Positions 1 to 10,365 of a stretch of 50,493 bases of DNA are shown in pieces. Each line of letters opens with the position of its first letter. Position 1 is the first letter of the stretch. The position numbers were made by a program, and so were the translations under genes. The notes beneath the pieces were generated by a model, which had not been told where the DNA came from, ran no database searches, and saw only the letters and a list, made by a program, of their open reading frames with translations. The DNA is taken from assembly GCA_001002285.1 (NCBI GenBank), contig LCLX01000005.1:1-50493 (forward strand). The letters run 5' to 3'. Source of the stretch: Microgenomates group bacterium GW2011_GWC1_46_15. GTDB taxonomy: Bacteria > Patescibacteriota > Microgenomatia > UBA1400 > UBA12028.

Positions 1-98
1 CTTGAAGGAATCTGAGTTCAGATGGAATTATCGGAAACAAATGTACAAAGTAATGCTTAAAAAGCTGAGAGAAAGTCCGCTTTAAGTTTACTAGCCCC
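1..98 (+). mobile_element. 3' end of an IS1595-family (IS1016-group) insertion sequence: transposase C-terminus plus terminal inverted repeat
   Basis: Frame 2 (2-85) reads LKESEFRWNYRKQMYKVMLKKLRESPL*, like the 'HLKECEFRFN' C-terminus of ISXO2/IS1016 transposases. It ends in TAAGTTTACTAGCCCC (GGGGC terminus typical of the IS1016 group). Bases 2-99 are the exact reverse complement of 50396-50493. Confidence 0.85.
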
Positions 99-660
99 TG
101 ACCAAATTACAACCAACAGCACGACTACGAGTAATTTTTGCATCTTTTGGTCCTTTGCCCTCCACGAAAACAACCCCCCCTGGAACAAGCAAGTGATCTA
201 ACTCAAAAGCGAGTTTATACATTGTCGTATCATCAATATGCAAAGCGCTCCTTGCGTAAAAAGCATCAACTGACTCGGGGATATCCGTAAGTGGAAAACA
301 TCCCCGACCTATATCCCATAAAATTGGAGTAACCATCTCGACTACCATCTGTTCTATTGCCAACTCCTTCATCTGCTCCAATGCTACATCAGAAAAATCG
401 ATAGCCAATACATTATGCCCAAGAGACGCCCAATACCGCGCATCTCGCCCGTTGGCAGAACCAACTTCCAGAATAGTCGACCCCTTTTTTAAATGTTGGG
501 AAAACTCTATAGCAGAATTATTAGGAGTAAATTTTAGGGACTCACTACCCTCTAGTGCCAAGCCACGCGTAGCATGCTGACGGTTCCATAACTGTCTCTG
601 GTCTGGTATTTCATGATTATATCTGGACATAAGGCGTAATTCTACACATTCACACGACAT
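91..660 (-). pseudogene. Class I SAM-dependent methyltransferase, C-terminus cut by the IS
   Basis: Motif I ILEVGSANGRDA, plus 'LAIDFS', 'DAFYARSALH' and 'LVPGG'. The stop codon (91-93) lies inside the IS terminal repeat. Confidence 0.75.
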
Positions 661-736
661 CAGTCAATAAGTTATAGGATATTATCTCCTACATCAATCA
701 AAGTGAAGATAGGTTTTGCCATGCTACACTTTATAT

Positions 737-2209
737 ATGAAAAAGTCTGGGTTACTCCTCAGCATCCTTCTTCTCGCCTTTCTCGTCCGCCTTGTTCTTC
801 TCAATCAATCTTTTTGGCTTGATGAAGCCGCGCAAGCACTAGAAAGTATTCGGCCGTTTTCACACCAACTGCAGATTAGGTATGACTTCCAACCACCGTT
901 ATACCATGTGTTCGTTCACTTCCTCACCAAAGTTTCTGTTAAAGAATGGTGGCTCCGTAGTCTTTCCCTGCTGGCGGGGGTGGGAACGGTGTATCTGACC
1001 TATTTGATTGGCATTGAAACAAGTGAAAATAAGAAAAAAGGTGTTGTCGTTGGGTTATTGGCAAGCCTATTTCTTTCACTTTCTGTCATCCATATTTTCT
1101 ATTCTCAGGAACTTCGGCCATACGCGCTGGCGGCGTGGTGGGGGACGCTTTCGTGGTATGTTTTGCTCAAGCGCAACCAAAACAAAACCACTCAATTAGT
1201 ATTTACGATATCTTCACTTGCAGGAATCTACACGATGTATGTGTATCCGTTCCTTTTATTTTCCCAGGCAGCATATGTGTTTTTTCACACGAAATCTTTA
1301 TGGAAACAGATGGTCCGCTCACTAGGAATCATCGCGCTTTTCTCGCTCCCCCTCGCGCCGCTTTTCTTCAACCAACTACACATTGGGACACAATTGAGAG
1401 TCCAACTCCCGGGGTGGGAACAGGTGGTAAGCCTGCCTCAATGGAAAGCACTCCCGCTTGTCGGGGTAAAGTTTTTGTCGGGATTGGATAAAGTATCGTT
1501 TTCTACTGTGCTTAGCAGTATCTATGCCATTGGGCCATTGATACTTGTGGGAGCACTAAGTATGTGGTTTTTCCTCAAGAAAAAAACGTCGACACCCATC
1601 GCACCATACCTCTACTGGTTCGGCGTTTCTATCCTCACGGCTTGGCTTGTTTCGTTTATTGTACCGGTCATTCAGCCCAAGCGCGTGTTATTTGCGCTCC
1701 CCGCAATGTACCTCTTGATCGCATATATGGCTATGGAGCTTCCCGTACGGTACAAAAAAACATTTATTGTACTTTTTATGATTCTGCAAGTTTGGATGAT
1801 CGGGTCATACTGGACCAAGCCAGCGAATCACCGCGAAGACTGGCGGGGTGCCGTAACAACGCTGCATGCACAGTTTCCCACCGACTCCACAATTATTGTA
1901 TTTGGTTCGTACGAGCCGTTTGCGCCGTGGATTTGGTATGAACGCACGGCACCCCTAAAGTTCCGCACGCTCCCGGTTGCTTCGGTTCGCAGCGTAACTC
2001 CTCAAGACGTCGAAAAAAACATGCCAACCGTTTTGCCCTATACACATGTGTTAGTGTTCGACTATCTCCGTGATCTCACCGATCCATCCCGCGGTATCGA
2101 GCGCTGGCTGGAAAGCCACGGATACAAAGGGGTGGCTTCTCTGGATACTACAAATATTGGGTTTATCCGGCAGTATGAAAAACAGCAGTTTCTCTCGAGT
2201 GGCCAATAG
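737..2209 (+). CDS. GT-C (PMT/ArnT, GT39-like) membrane glycosyltransferase
   Basis: 'QSFWLDEA', 'QPPLY', 'YSQELRPY' and many TM segments. ATG 737 chosen because it lies 6 nt after TGcTACACT. Confidence 0.85.
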   Translation: MKKSGLLLSILLLAFLVRLVLLNQSFWLDEAAQALESIRPFSHQLQIRYDFQPPLYHVFVHFLTKVSVKEWWLRSLSLLAGVGTVYLTYLIGIETSENKKKGVVVGLLASLFLSLSVIHIFYSQELRPYALAAWWGTLSWYVLLKRNQNKTTQLVFTISSLAGIYTMYVYPFLLFSQAAYVFFHTKSLWKQMVRSLGIIALFSLPLAPLFFNQLHIGTQLRVQLPGWEQVVSLPQWKALPLVGVKFLSGLDKVSFSTVLSSIYAIGPLILVGALSMWFFLKKKTSTPIAPYLYWFGVSILTAWLVSFIVPVIQPKRVLFALPAMYLLIAYMAMELPVRYKKTFIVLFMILQVWMIGSYWTKPANHREDWRGAVTTLHAQFPTDSTIIVFGSYEPFAPWIWYERTAPLKFRTLPVASVRSVTPQDVEKNMPTVLPYTHVLVFDYLRDLTDPSRGIERWLESHGYKGVASLDTTNIGFIRQYEKQQFLSSGQ

Positions 2210-2263
2210 CACGAAAGTACCTGTTCTCAAGACAAACGTGGCTCAATCCGCTACAATACGTCT

Positions 2264-3367
2264 ATGCAGATGCGTGTTGGCATAGACATCAGCGCGATTC
2301 AGTACAACAGGGGGGTGTCGCGGTATACCTCCAATCTGGTGCGCGCGCTTTATGAGCACAAACATGATGTGGCACTCAAACTCTTTGGCGCCTCGTTCCG
2401 CCAGCGCGCGGTCCTTCAAACATTTGCAAAAAAAACCTGTCCAACCGCGCTTTCCCGTATTCTCCCGCACCCTGCTCGTATCATGGATATCGTGTGGAAT
2501 CAGTTTCATGTGTTTTCTCCAGAGCGCCTCCTTGGTAAAATGGACGTGTTTCACTCTTGGGAAGTTCAGCCGCCACTTCAGCACGCGGCGCTGGTAAGTA
2601 CGATTCATGACTTGGCGATGCTCCGTTTCCCTAAAACGACCGATCCAACCGTTCTTGCCATGAACGAGCGCTCATGGAAATATCTCAAAAAAGAAGCCAA
2701 GGCGGTTATCGCGGTTTCTGAAGTAACAAAAAAGGACATTATTGAACTTTTACAGATTGATCCATCAAAAGTTTTTGTCGTACATGAAGCATTGACCGAA
2801 GAATCACAACAAAAAGTTTCGGTTGAACGGAAAAAAGAACTTCTCGCATTTTTTGGTCTTATAAAACCATACTTTCTCTTTGTCGGCACGATTGAACCAC
2901 GTAAAAACCTCAAGCGATTGATCCAGGCTTGGCAGCCAATGAAAAAGGAGTACGACCTTGTGATTGCGGGTGCCGCGGGATGGGAAAACATTACACAGGA
3001 AGATGGTTTGCGCATTGTTGGCACCGTCACCAACGAAGAGTTGGTCGCGCTCTACGCAGGCGCGGAACTTCTCGCGTATCCATCGCTCTACGAAGGATTT
3101 GGTTTGCCGATCCTTGACGCGTTTTACCACGGGATTCCGGTTGTAACTTCGAATGTTTCAAGCATGCCAGAGCTTGCGGGTGATGCTGCGGTGCTGGTGA
3201 ATCCGCACGAAGTTGAGAGCATCACGATTGGCCTCAAACGCGCGTTGGAGAAAAAGAGTTACTTTACAGAAAAGGGAAAACAACGGCTTCAACAATTTTC
3301 TTGGGAAAAAGCGGCGAAACAAACCATTGAGGTGTACAGAAAGGCAAGCGATGCGCATAGGAATTAA
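2264..3367 (+). CDS. GT4 (family 1) glycosyltransferase
   Basis: 'TIHDLA', 'VGTIEPRKN', 'PSLYEGFGLPILDA'. Confidence 0.92.
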   Translation: MQMRVGIDISAIQYNRGVSRYTSNLVRALYEHKHDVALKLFGASFRQRAVLQTFAKKTCPTALSRILPHPARIMDIVWNQFHVFSPERLLGKMDVFHSWEVQPPLQHAALVSTIHDLAMLRFPKTTDPTVLAMNERSWKYLKKEAKAVIAVSEVTKKDIIELLQIDPSKVFVVHEALTEESQQKVSVERKKELLAFFGLIKPYFLFVGTIEPRKNLKRLIQAWQPMKKEYDLVIAGAAGWENITQEDGLRIVGTVTNEELVALYAGAELLAYPSLYEGFGLPILDAFYHGIPVVTSNVSSMPELAGDAAVLVNPHEVESITIGLKRALEKKSYFTEKGKQRLQQFSWEKAAKQTIEVYRKASDAHRN

Positions 3368-4493
3368 CGCCTACGAGGCAAATGTTGCCAACCGTGTTGG
3401 AAGCAACGAGTTTGCGTACCAAGTACTCATTCACCTCGAGAAGCTTTTGCGCGATGATGACGTTATTATCTACTTGCCATCACCCCCTTTGCAGGATATG
3501 CCGAAATCAAGAAAAGGATGGATGTACGCCGTTATTCCACCAGCAGGTTTGTGGTCGGTATGGCGCCTGCCGCTCGCACTATTGAGGAAAAAATTATTTG
3601 GAAAATCGTTTGATGTATTTTTTTCGCTTGGCCATTACGCTCCGCTCATCTGCCCGTTCCCCAGCGTTATTTCGATTATGGACTTGGCGTATGAAAAGTT
3701 TCCGCAGTTTTTCAAGAAAAGCGATGTGATGAAACTGAAAGTATTCACCCGCGCGAGCGTTAAAAAAGCCGCGCACATGATCGCAATTTCTCAGCACACG
3801 AAACAGGACTTGGTCAAACTGTACGGCGTTTCGGCAAATCATATTACGGTCGCGTATCCCGGAGTTGAAGAACACCAACTCGTTGGTTCATCTGTGCGCA
3901 TTTTGCAGGGATTAAAAGTGCGGGAGCCATACATTGTATACGTCGGCACGATTCAGCCACGGAAAAATATTGCCCGATTGGTGAAAGCGTTTGAGAAAGT
4001 GAAACAGAAAAAAAAGTATGCCGATCTTTCACTCGTGATTGCTGGCAAGGTAGGGTGGATGGCTGATGACGTGATGCACGCGATTCAACATAGTCTCGTC
4101 AAACATCACGTTAAGCTTCTTGGCTTTGTTACAGAGGAGCAAAAATTGACGTTGTACAAACATGCGGTAGCGGCGGTTCTTGTTGGATTGTATGAAGGAT
4201 TTGGCATTCCTCCACTGGAAGCGATGCTGGCAGGAACGGTGCCTCTCGTATCCAACACCGCGAGTTTACCAGAGGTAGTTGGCGGTACTGGTGTTCAAGT
4301 TGACCCGCTCAATAGTGACGACATTGCGCGAGGCATTGAAGAAGTTCTAGAATATACTACACGCCAACGCCAGGAAATGATCGCGCAGGGGAAAGTACAA
4401 GCAAGTCAATTTTCTTGGGAGAACACCGCGTTGCGCGTTGCACGAGTTTTACATGAAGTAGGGGCGCGCCAAATAGGAGGAAAAACAGCATGA
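3351..4493 (+). CDS. GT4 (family 1) glycosyltransferase
   Basis: 'MRIGIN' start overlapping the previous gene, 'VGTIQPRKN', 'YEGFGIPPLEAM'. Confidence 0.92.
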   Translation: MRIGINAYEANVANRVGSNEFAYQVLIHLEKLLRDDDVIIYLPSPPLQDMPKSRKGWMYAVIPPAGLWSVWRLPLALLRKKLFGKSFDVFFSLGHYAPLICPFPSVISIMDLAYEKFPQFFKKSDVMKLKVFTRASVKKAAHMIAISQHTKQDLVKLYGVSANHITVAYPGVEEHQLVGSSVRILQGLKVREPYIVYVGTIQPRKNIARLVKAFEKVKQKKKYADLSLVIAGKVGWMADDVMHAIQHSLVKHHVKLLGFVTEEQKLTLYKHAVAAVLVGLYEGFGIPPLEAMLAGTVPLVSNTASLPEVVGGTGVQVDPLNSDDIARGIEEVLEYTTRQRQEMIAQGKVQASQFSWENTALRVARVLHEVGARQIGGKTA

Positions 4494-5095
4494 GTTCACC
4501 GTTTACAGATCGCATGGGCCGTCCACTATCCTGGAGTGAGGCCGTTCAAAAAATTGCAGTAAGGTTCTACAACTATTGGCTGGAACTTGTGACAGGTTTC
4601 CTCTGGTATATTGTTGGCGCTATGCCGTCCCACGTTGTCCGCCGGTTTTTCTACAGAATGTCGGGTGTCCAAATTGGCAAGGGCTCCACAATTCACATGT
4701 TCGCGCGGTTTTATGATCCCACACACGTGCGGATTGGTGAAGGAACACTCATTGGTGATCAAGTAGTGCTAGACGGTAGGGCGTCGTTAACCATTGGGAA
4801 TCACGTAGATGTTGGAACGGGCGTCATGTTTTTTAACGCGGAACACGATCTTCGCACCGATGATTTTCGCCCAATCGAAGAACCTATTGAGGTTGGCGAC
4901 TACGTGTTTATTGGTCCGCGCGCGATCATTCTTCCGGGAGTCAAAATTGGCAAAGGTGCAGTTGTTGCGGCAGGTGCGGTAGTGACAAAAGATGTGCTCG
5001 CAATGAGTATTGTTGGTGGTGTTCCTGCCAAAGAGATTGGAAAACGGTCTGGGGAACTCAAGTATCGGCTTGGGAGACCACGCCTTTTCCAATAG
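4490..5095 (+). CDS. Hexapeptide-repeat (left-handed beta-helix) sugar O-acyltransferase
   Basis: Repeats 'IGEGTLIG', 'VGDYVFIGPRAIILPGVKIGKGAVVAAGAVVTKDV', 'GGVPAK'. SD GGAGG; ATGA overlap with the previous stop. Confidence 0.9.
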   Translation: MSSPFTDRMGRPLSWSEAVQKIAVRFYNYWLELVTGFLWYIVGAMPSHVVRRFFYRMSGVQIGKGSTIHMFARFYDPTHVRIGEGTLIGDQVVLDGRASLTIGNHVDVGTGVMFFNAEHDLRTDDFRPIEEPIEVGDYVFIGPRAIILPGVKIGKGAVVAAGAVVTKDVLAMSIVGGVPAKEIGKRSGELKYRLGRPRLFQ

Positions 5096-5129
5096 TGTGT
5101 GTAATCCGCGTCCCGTAAAGAAAGTGAGC

Positions 5130-6041
5130 ATGCCTACAGAAGTTTCTATTATCATCGTGTCGTACAACACAAAAGCGCTCACAAAACAGGCAGTGGCGGC
5201 GGCGTACGCATCGTCCCAAACACATGGTCTTGAGGTGATTGTCGTAGATAACGGTTCCACTGATGGTTCTCAAGAGGCACTCAAAAAAGCCTTTCCCATG
5301 CTCGTGTTGATTCAGCAAAAAACCAACGGAGGATTTTCTCAGGCGAATAATCGTGGGGCGCAAGAAGCAAAAGGGAAGTATCTGTTCTTCTTAAACTCGG
5401 ATACAGAAATAGAACAGGGAGCTACCGATGTGTTGGTAAAAGAGCTTGAACGGTCAAGTAAAGTCGGCATCGTAAGTGGGATGTTGCTCAATGAAGATGG
5501 GTCGGTCCAACCTCAAGGAGGCGCGCTTCCGAATCTTCTCAATATTAAGGCGTGGATGATGTTTGTGGATGACTTTCCTTTGGTAAATAGGCTTTTTCTG
5601 CCATACCAGCAAAGCCGTTCTTCCTACTTTACCGCCAGGCACCAGATGGGGTGGATAGGCGGTACCGCGGTTATGATGCGTAAAACGGTATTTTCACAGA
5701 TCGGAGCGTGGGATGAGCATATCTTTCTGTACGGAGAGGATATTGAGCTCTGTTTACGCCTGCACAAGGCCGGATTTTTGTCTGTTTATACTCCGGAAGC
5801 AAAGATTGTCCACCTCAAGCACCAAAGCGCTGGAGCAGAGCGGGCGGCCAAGGGGGAGGTTGAAGGGCTTTTGTATATCTGGAAGAAGCACTTTCCCGCC
5901 TGGCAGTTACCTTTTCTCCGTCTGATTTTGCTCACCGGCGCATGGTTACGCATCCTTATTTTTGGTATACTGCTCGGTGATGACGAAAAAAAGCGCACCT
6001 ACACCGAGATTGCACGCTCTTTGGCAGTGGCTGGACGATAA
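5130..6041 (+). CDS. GT2 glycosyltransferase (WbbL/rhamnosyltransferase-like)
   Basis: 'SIIIVSYN', 'VVDNGSTDGS', 'GFSQANN', 'FLNSDT', 'FLYGEDIELC'. Confidence 0.9.
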   Translation: MPTEVSIIIVSYNTKALTKQAVAAAYASSQTHGLEVIVVDNGSTDGSQEALKKAFPMLVLIQQKTNGGFSQANNRGAQEAKGKYLFFLNSDTEIEQGATDVLVKELERSSKVGIVSGMLLNEDGSVQPQGGALPNLLNIKAWMMFVDDFPLVNRLFLPYQQSRSSYFTARHQMGWIGGTAVMMRKTVFSQIGAWDEHIFLYGEDIELCLRLHKAGFLSVYTPEAKIVHLKHQSAGAERAAKGEVEGLLYIWKKHFPAWQLPFLRLILLTGAWLRILIFGILLGDDEKKRTYTEIARSLAVAGR

Positions 6042-7710
6042 AAAAGTTCTCTTTGCGCTTACCGCGTTTTTGTTTGCGCTTATTCCTCTCTACCCAAAAC
6101 TTCCGCTTGCAGACCTCATTACGGGCTATATTGTCCGCCTCCGACTTGAGGACTTAATTATTGGCATAGCGGGTGTTGTCTGGCTTATTCAGCTCATTCG
6201 GAGAAAAATCAGCCTCAAAACGCCACTTACCATCATCATTACGCTGTATCTTTTGGTGGGACTCGCATCGTCTTACTCGGCGGTGTTTGTGCTTTATACG
6301 GTTCCGGTTCCAATCAACATGAAGCCATCTATCATCAAAATGATCACAACACAAAGTTTGCCGCTCGAGTTGTTCCATGTCGCAAAACTTCTTTTGCATT
6401 ACTTCCGCCGCGTCGAGTATTTTGCGCTCTTTTTTATTGCGTATGCCGCGATAAAAGAAAAGCAGCAGGTTAAAAAATTGATCGCAATTTTTTCGATTTC
6501 TGCACTTCTTGTCGCGGTGTATGGGTTTGGACAGAAGTACTTGTATTGGCCGGTGTACTCGACAATGAATAGGGAGTTTAGCAAGGGCCTTCGGTTGTAT
6601 CTTACGGAACACGCGCGTGTACAATCTACGTTTGGCGGACACTACGACTTTGCTGCGTATCTGGTGATGGCGCTTCCGCTGGTTCTTTCCCTTTTCTTTT
6701 ACTTTAAGAATAGAAACACAAAAATACTGTTGGCGGTTACATATCTCTTGAGTTTGTGGGGGTTGATGATGACCTCTTCCCGGTCCTCATTTCTTGCCTA
6801 TGTTGCGGCAATTACAATCGTGCTTGTATTGTTCGCGTTTCGCAAGGGACTTATTTGGTTTTTGACTCGAGCAGCGGTGGTGTATGGATGCACCGCGGTG
6901 TTCTTTTATATGTTCGGCGACTTAAGTCAGCGGTTTAGCCAAATTTTTACCGGTAGCGGAGCGCTCGACACATTTCAGACGACGGTTGAAGAAATCAAAA
7001 CAAAGGCACAACAGCCGTTTGTTGAGCCGCCAAAAGATGGTATTTCTATTGATGATGTAGCAAAAGCGGCCGCGGAAGCGGAGAAAATAGCTGCAAAAAA
7101 ACCGGTTATTGACCAAAGCGACACGCAACCAACCCCAGTTGAACCACTTCCCCCGGATGTGTTTGTTGATGTTCCCGCAGAAGTGATAACGACGACTTCT
7201 CCAACGGGCAAAGAGGTAACGGTGGAAATTCCGCGCGTGTTTTCTGAAAACGCGCACCGCCTTGGCCTTTCCGCGGCGATCCGTTTGGATACGTTGTGGC
7301 CATTCGCGATCCGTGGCTTCCTCCGCAACCCGTGGCTCGGGTCGGGTTACTCAACGCTCACGAAGTACACAAATCTTGAGTTTACGGAAGCAGAGTCCAC
7401 AGACAACGATTTTCTCCGCACGCTTGGGGAAACGGGGGCGCTTGGGTTTATCACGTTCTACGGAGTCATGGTTGTCGCGCTTGTTTCAACATGGAGAGCG
7501 GTGTGGAAAACGGATGACGCGTATCTGTCTGTTCTCGCCATTGCGTTTACCGCGGCAACGGTTGGTCTGCTGATTAACGCGGTCTACATTGACGTATTTA
7601 TCTCTTCAAAAGTGATCCAAGTGTACTGGATCTTTACTGCCCTTGTCCTTGCGTACGCGAAGCTTTCGGTCCGTCCGGAGCAAAAGGCGGTAAGCAAGGC
7701 AAAAGCTTGA
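5980..7710 (+). CDS. O-antigen ligase/polymerase (Wzy_C) family membrane protein
   Basis: Multiple TM segments, 'RVQSTFG', 'TSSRSS', 'NPWLGSG', 'DNDFLRTLGETGALG'. Contains a large Pro/acidic soluble loop. Confidence 0.8.
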   Translation: MTKKSAPTPRLHALWQWLDDKKVLFALTAFLFALIPLYPKLPLADLITGYIVRLRLEDLIIGIAGVVWLIQLIRRKISLKTPLTIIITLYLLVGLASSYSAVFVLYTVPVPINMKPSIIKMITTQSLPLELFHVAKLLLHYFRRVEYFALFFIAYAAIKEKQQVKKLIAIFSISALLVAVYGFGQKYLYWPVYSTMNREFSKGLRLYLTEHARVQSTFGGHYDFAAYLVMALPLVLSLFFYFKNRNTKILLAVTYLLSLWGLMMTSSRSSFLAYVAAITIVLVLFAFRKGLIWFLTRAAVVYGCTAVFFYMFGDLSQRFSQIFTGSGALDTFQTTVEEIKTKAQQPFVEPPKDGISIDDVAKAAAEAEKIAAKKPVIDQSDTQPTPVEPLPPDVFVDVPAEVITTTSPTGKEVTVEIPRVFSENAHRLGLSAAIRLDTLWPFAIRGFLRNPWLGSGYSTLTKYTNLEFTEAESTDNDFLRTLGETGALGFITFYGVMVVALVSTWRAVWKTDDAYLSVLAIAFTAATVGLLINAVYIDVFISSKVIQVYWIFTALVLAYAKLSVRPEQKAVSKAKA

Positions 7711-7713
7711 GGT

Positions 7714-9156
7714 ATGAAACACCACTCTTTCGTCGCAGAGTTTGTTATTGTAAGTATTCTTCTTGTCCTCACGCTCTTCCCGCGCCTGTACCGCATCACA
7801 TATCCATTAACCGATTGGCATTCATGGCGGCAGGCGGACACCGCTTCGGTTACGCGCGAGTTTGTCAAACATGGCATTGATCTTTTGCATCCAACGTTCC
7901 AGGATTTATCGAACATCCAGTCAAACATGGAAAACCCGCAGGGGTACCGGATGGTGGAGTTTCCGCTGTTAAACGCGGGAACGGCACTCTTAATAAGCAC
8001 ATTTCATCTTGAAAAAAACGAAGTGATTGTAGGGCGATCGGTTTCTATTTTCTTTTCACTTATTACTGCACTGTGTATTTACGTGATTGGCCGCAATCTG
8101 ACAAACAAACGAGTTGGTGTTCTTGCTACACTTCTTTTTGCATTTCTCCCGTACTCTGTCTACTATGGGCGGACCATTTTGCCCGATGTTCCCATGCTTT
8201 CGTTCGCGATGGTGGCGTTTGTATTCCATATGGTATGGCTGCGGAGTAAAAACCATGGGCGGATATGGTATCTCCTTTCTTTGGTGAGTTTTGCTGTTGC
8301 ACTACTGTTAAAACCATTTGTTCTTGTGTTTGCGTTGGTGTTTGCCGCGCTTGCCGTTCAAGAAAAAGGGAAGAAAGCGTTGGTCTTGCCGGGCATGTAT
8401 CTTTTCCCACTTCTTGCCCTGGCGCCGTTTGTGCTGTGGCGGCAGTGGATGACGCAGTATCCCGCAGGTATTCCAGGGTCATCTTGGTTGTTTAACGAAA
8501 CGGACCTCCGGTTTACCGGCGCGTTCTGGCATTGGCTGTTCGAGGTACGTGTATCTTCACTCATCTTAGGTATTGGACTGATTGTTCCGTGTGTGATGGG
8601 GTTGGTGAGAAAAGGAAAAGATTGGCTTGTATACACTGCTTGGGCCATCGCGATGTTTACGTATCTTTCCATTGTGGCTGGCGGAAACATCCGGCACGAC
8701 TACTACCAAATTATGCTGATTCCATTCTTGGTATTAACCGTCGCGCGTGGCATGGATACATTGCTGCGTTTACCCAGTACGTTTGTACACCCACTGGCAG
8801 TAAAAGCGAGTTTGGTTCTTTTGACAGCATTCTCGATCTTTGTTTCGTGGTACGTTGTTCGCGGATACTTTAACGTGAATAAGTGGGAGCTTACAGAAGC
8901 GGGCCAAGCCATTGACCGTTTAACTCCGCCAGACGCAAAAGTAATCGCTCCGTATGGAGCAGATACCGCGTTTTTATTCCAAACAAACCGCACAGGGTGG
9001 CCGGTGGACGGGGAAATTGAAAAACGCATTACGCAGGGCGCGACATACTACTCGAGTATTACGTATGATGATGAAACAAACGCAATGATGAAAACGTACC
9101 AGGTTATAGAAAAAACACCAAGATACGTGATTGTGAAGCTACAAAAACACCTGTAG
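7714..9156 (+). CDS. GT-C (ArnT/PMT-like) membrane glycosyltransferase
   Basis: 'DWHSWRQADT', 'EFP', 'GRTILPD', 'KP' motif, many TM segments. Confidence 0.85.
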   Translation: MKHHSFVAEFVIVSILLVLTLFPRLYRITYPLTDWHSWRQADTASVTREFVKHGIDLLHPTFQDLSNIQSNMENPQGYRMVEFPLLNAGTALLISTFHLEKNEVIVGRSVSIFFSLITALCIYVIGRNLTNKRVGVLATLLFAFLPYSVYYGRTILPDVPMLSFAMVAFVFHMVWLRSKNHGRIWYLLSLVSFAVALLLKPFVLVFALVFAALAVQEKGKKALVLPGMYLFPLLALAPFVLWRQWMTQYPAGIPGSSWLFNETDLRFTGAFWHWLFEVRVSSLILGIGLIVPCVMGLVRKGKDWLVYTAWAIAMFTYLSIVAGGNIRHDYYQIMLIPFLVLTVARGMDTLLRLPSTFVHPLAVKASLVLLTAFSIFVSWYVVRGYFNVNKWELTEAGQAIDRLTPPDAKVIAPYGADTAFLFQTNRTGWPVDGEIEKRITQGATYYSSITYDDETNAMMKTYQVIEKTPRYVIVKLQKHL

Positions 9157-9168
9157 TAGAGGATCTCT

Positions 9169-10365
9169 ATGAAAGTTTTGATGTTGACACCATACTTGCC
9201 ATATCCATTGCTTTCTGGTGGGCAGATCCGTACGTACAACTTGCTTAAAAACCTCAGCAAAACAAACGAGATCACGTTATTTGCGCTGATTAAAGACGAA
9301 AGCGAGAAACAATACATCGCTGAACTGGAAAAGTACTGCACAAAGGTTCAAGTATTCAAGCGGTCGAAGCATCCGTTTACACTGCGCAACATTTTGCGCG
9401 CGGGTTTTTCCGCGTTTCCGTTTCTAGTGGCGCGAAATCTTGTTGATGAAGTGCGCGGCGCGGTGGAAAAAGAACTGCAGGAGAATCAGTACGATCTCAT
9501 CCACGCAGAAACGTTTTACATGATGCCGAACATTCCGCGGACGTCAATTCCTGTTCTGTTGGTGGAGCAGACGATTGAGTACCTTGGCTACCTAAGCTAT
9601 GCAAACTCATCCAAGTTTTGGTTGATCAAACCACTTCTTCATATTGATATTGCAAAAATCCGTTTTTGGGAAGAGAACTTTTGGAAAACATGTTCGCGGC
9701 TGGTTGTTATGTCCGAGGATGACAAGCAGTACATGCTCAAAACAGCTCGCCAGGTGCAGAACATTGACGTGGTAGAGAACGGCGTTGATATCGAGTACTT
9801 TGAACAAACCGTAAAAAATCTGCCAAAAGAGCCAACCGTGTTGTTTGTTGGTACGTTCAAATGGCTGCCGAATATTGAGGCGGTCCGCTTTCTTATTAAA
9901 GAAATTTGGCCACGTGTCCGCAAAAGTGTTGGCAATGCGCAGTTGCTGATTGTTGGAAACTCGCCCACGACCGAAGTGTACGCGCTGGCGAAAAAAGATG
10001 ACTCCATTACAATCCGTGGCAACGTACAGGATATCCGTGAGGCATACAGCCAGGCACATGTGCTGCTGGCGCCGGTGTTTAGCGGAAAGGGAACACGGTA
10101 CAAGGTGCTCGAAGCGATGGCGACGCGCACCCCCGTGGTTGGCACAAAACTGGCGGTTGAAGGGATCGCGATTCAATCGGGTGTGCACGCGCTCATCGGC
10201 AACACGGCAGATCAGTTGGCAAAACAAACGGTGCGTGTGCTTAAAGATGCTAAGTTGCGCGAAACATTGGCGGCAAAAGGAAAAACGCTCGTGTTCGATC
10301 AGTACAACTGGAAAAAAATCTCGAATAAACTCAACGCGATTTATCAGGAAGTGGGGCGGGCATGA
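9169..10365 (+). CDS. GT4 glycosyltransferase
   Basis: 'PYLPYPLLSGGQIR', 'VENGVD', 'GTRYKVLEAMA'. Confidence 0.9.
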   Translation: MKVLMLTPYLPYPLLSGGQIRTYNLLKNLSKTNEITLFALIKDESEKQYIAELEKYCTKVQVFKRSKHPFTLRNILRAGFSAFPFLVARNLVDEVRGAVEKELQENQYDLIHAETFYMMPNIPRTSIPVLLVEQTIEYLGYLSYANSSKFWLIKPLLHIDIAKIRFWEENFWKTCSRLVVMSEDDKQYMLKTARQVQNIDVVENGVDIEYFEQTVKNLPKEPTVLFVGTFKWLPNIEAVRFLIKEIWPRVRKSVGNAQLLIVGNSPTTEVYALAKKDDSITIRGNVQDIREAYSQAHVLLAPVFSGKGTRYKVLEAMATRTPVVGTKLAVEGIAIQSGVHALIGNTADQLAKQTVRVLKDAKLRETLAAKGKTLVFDQYNWKKISNKLNAIYQEVGRA

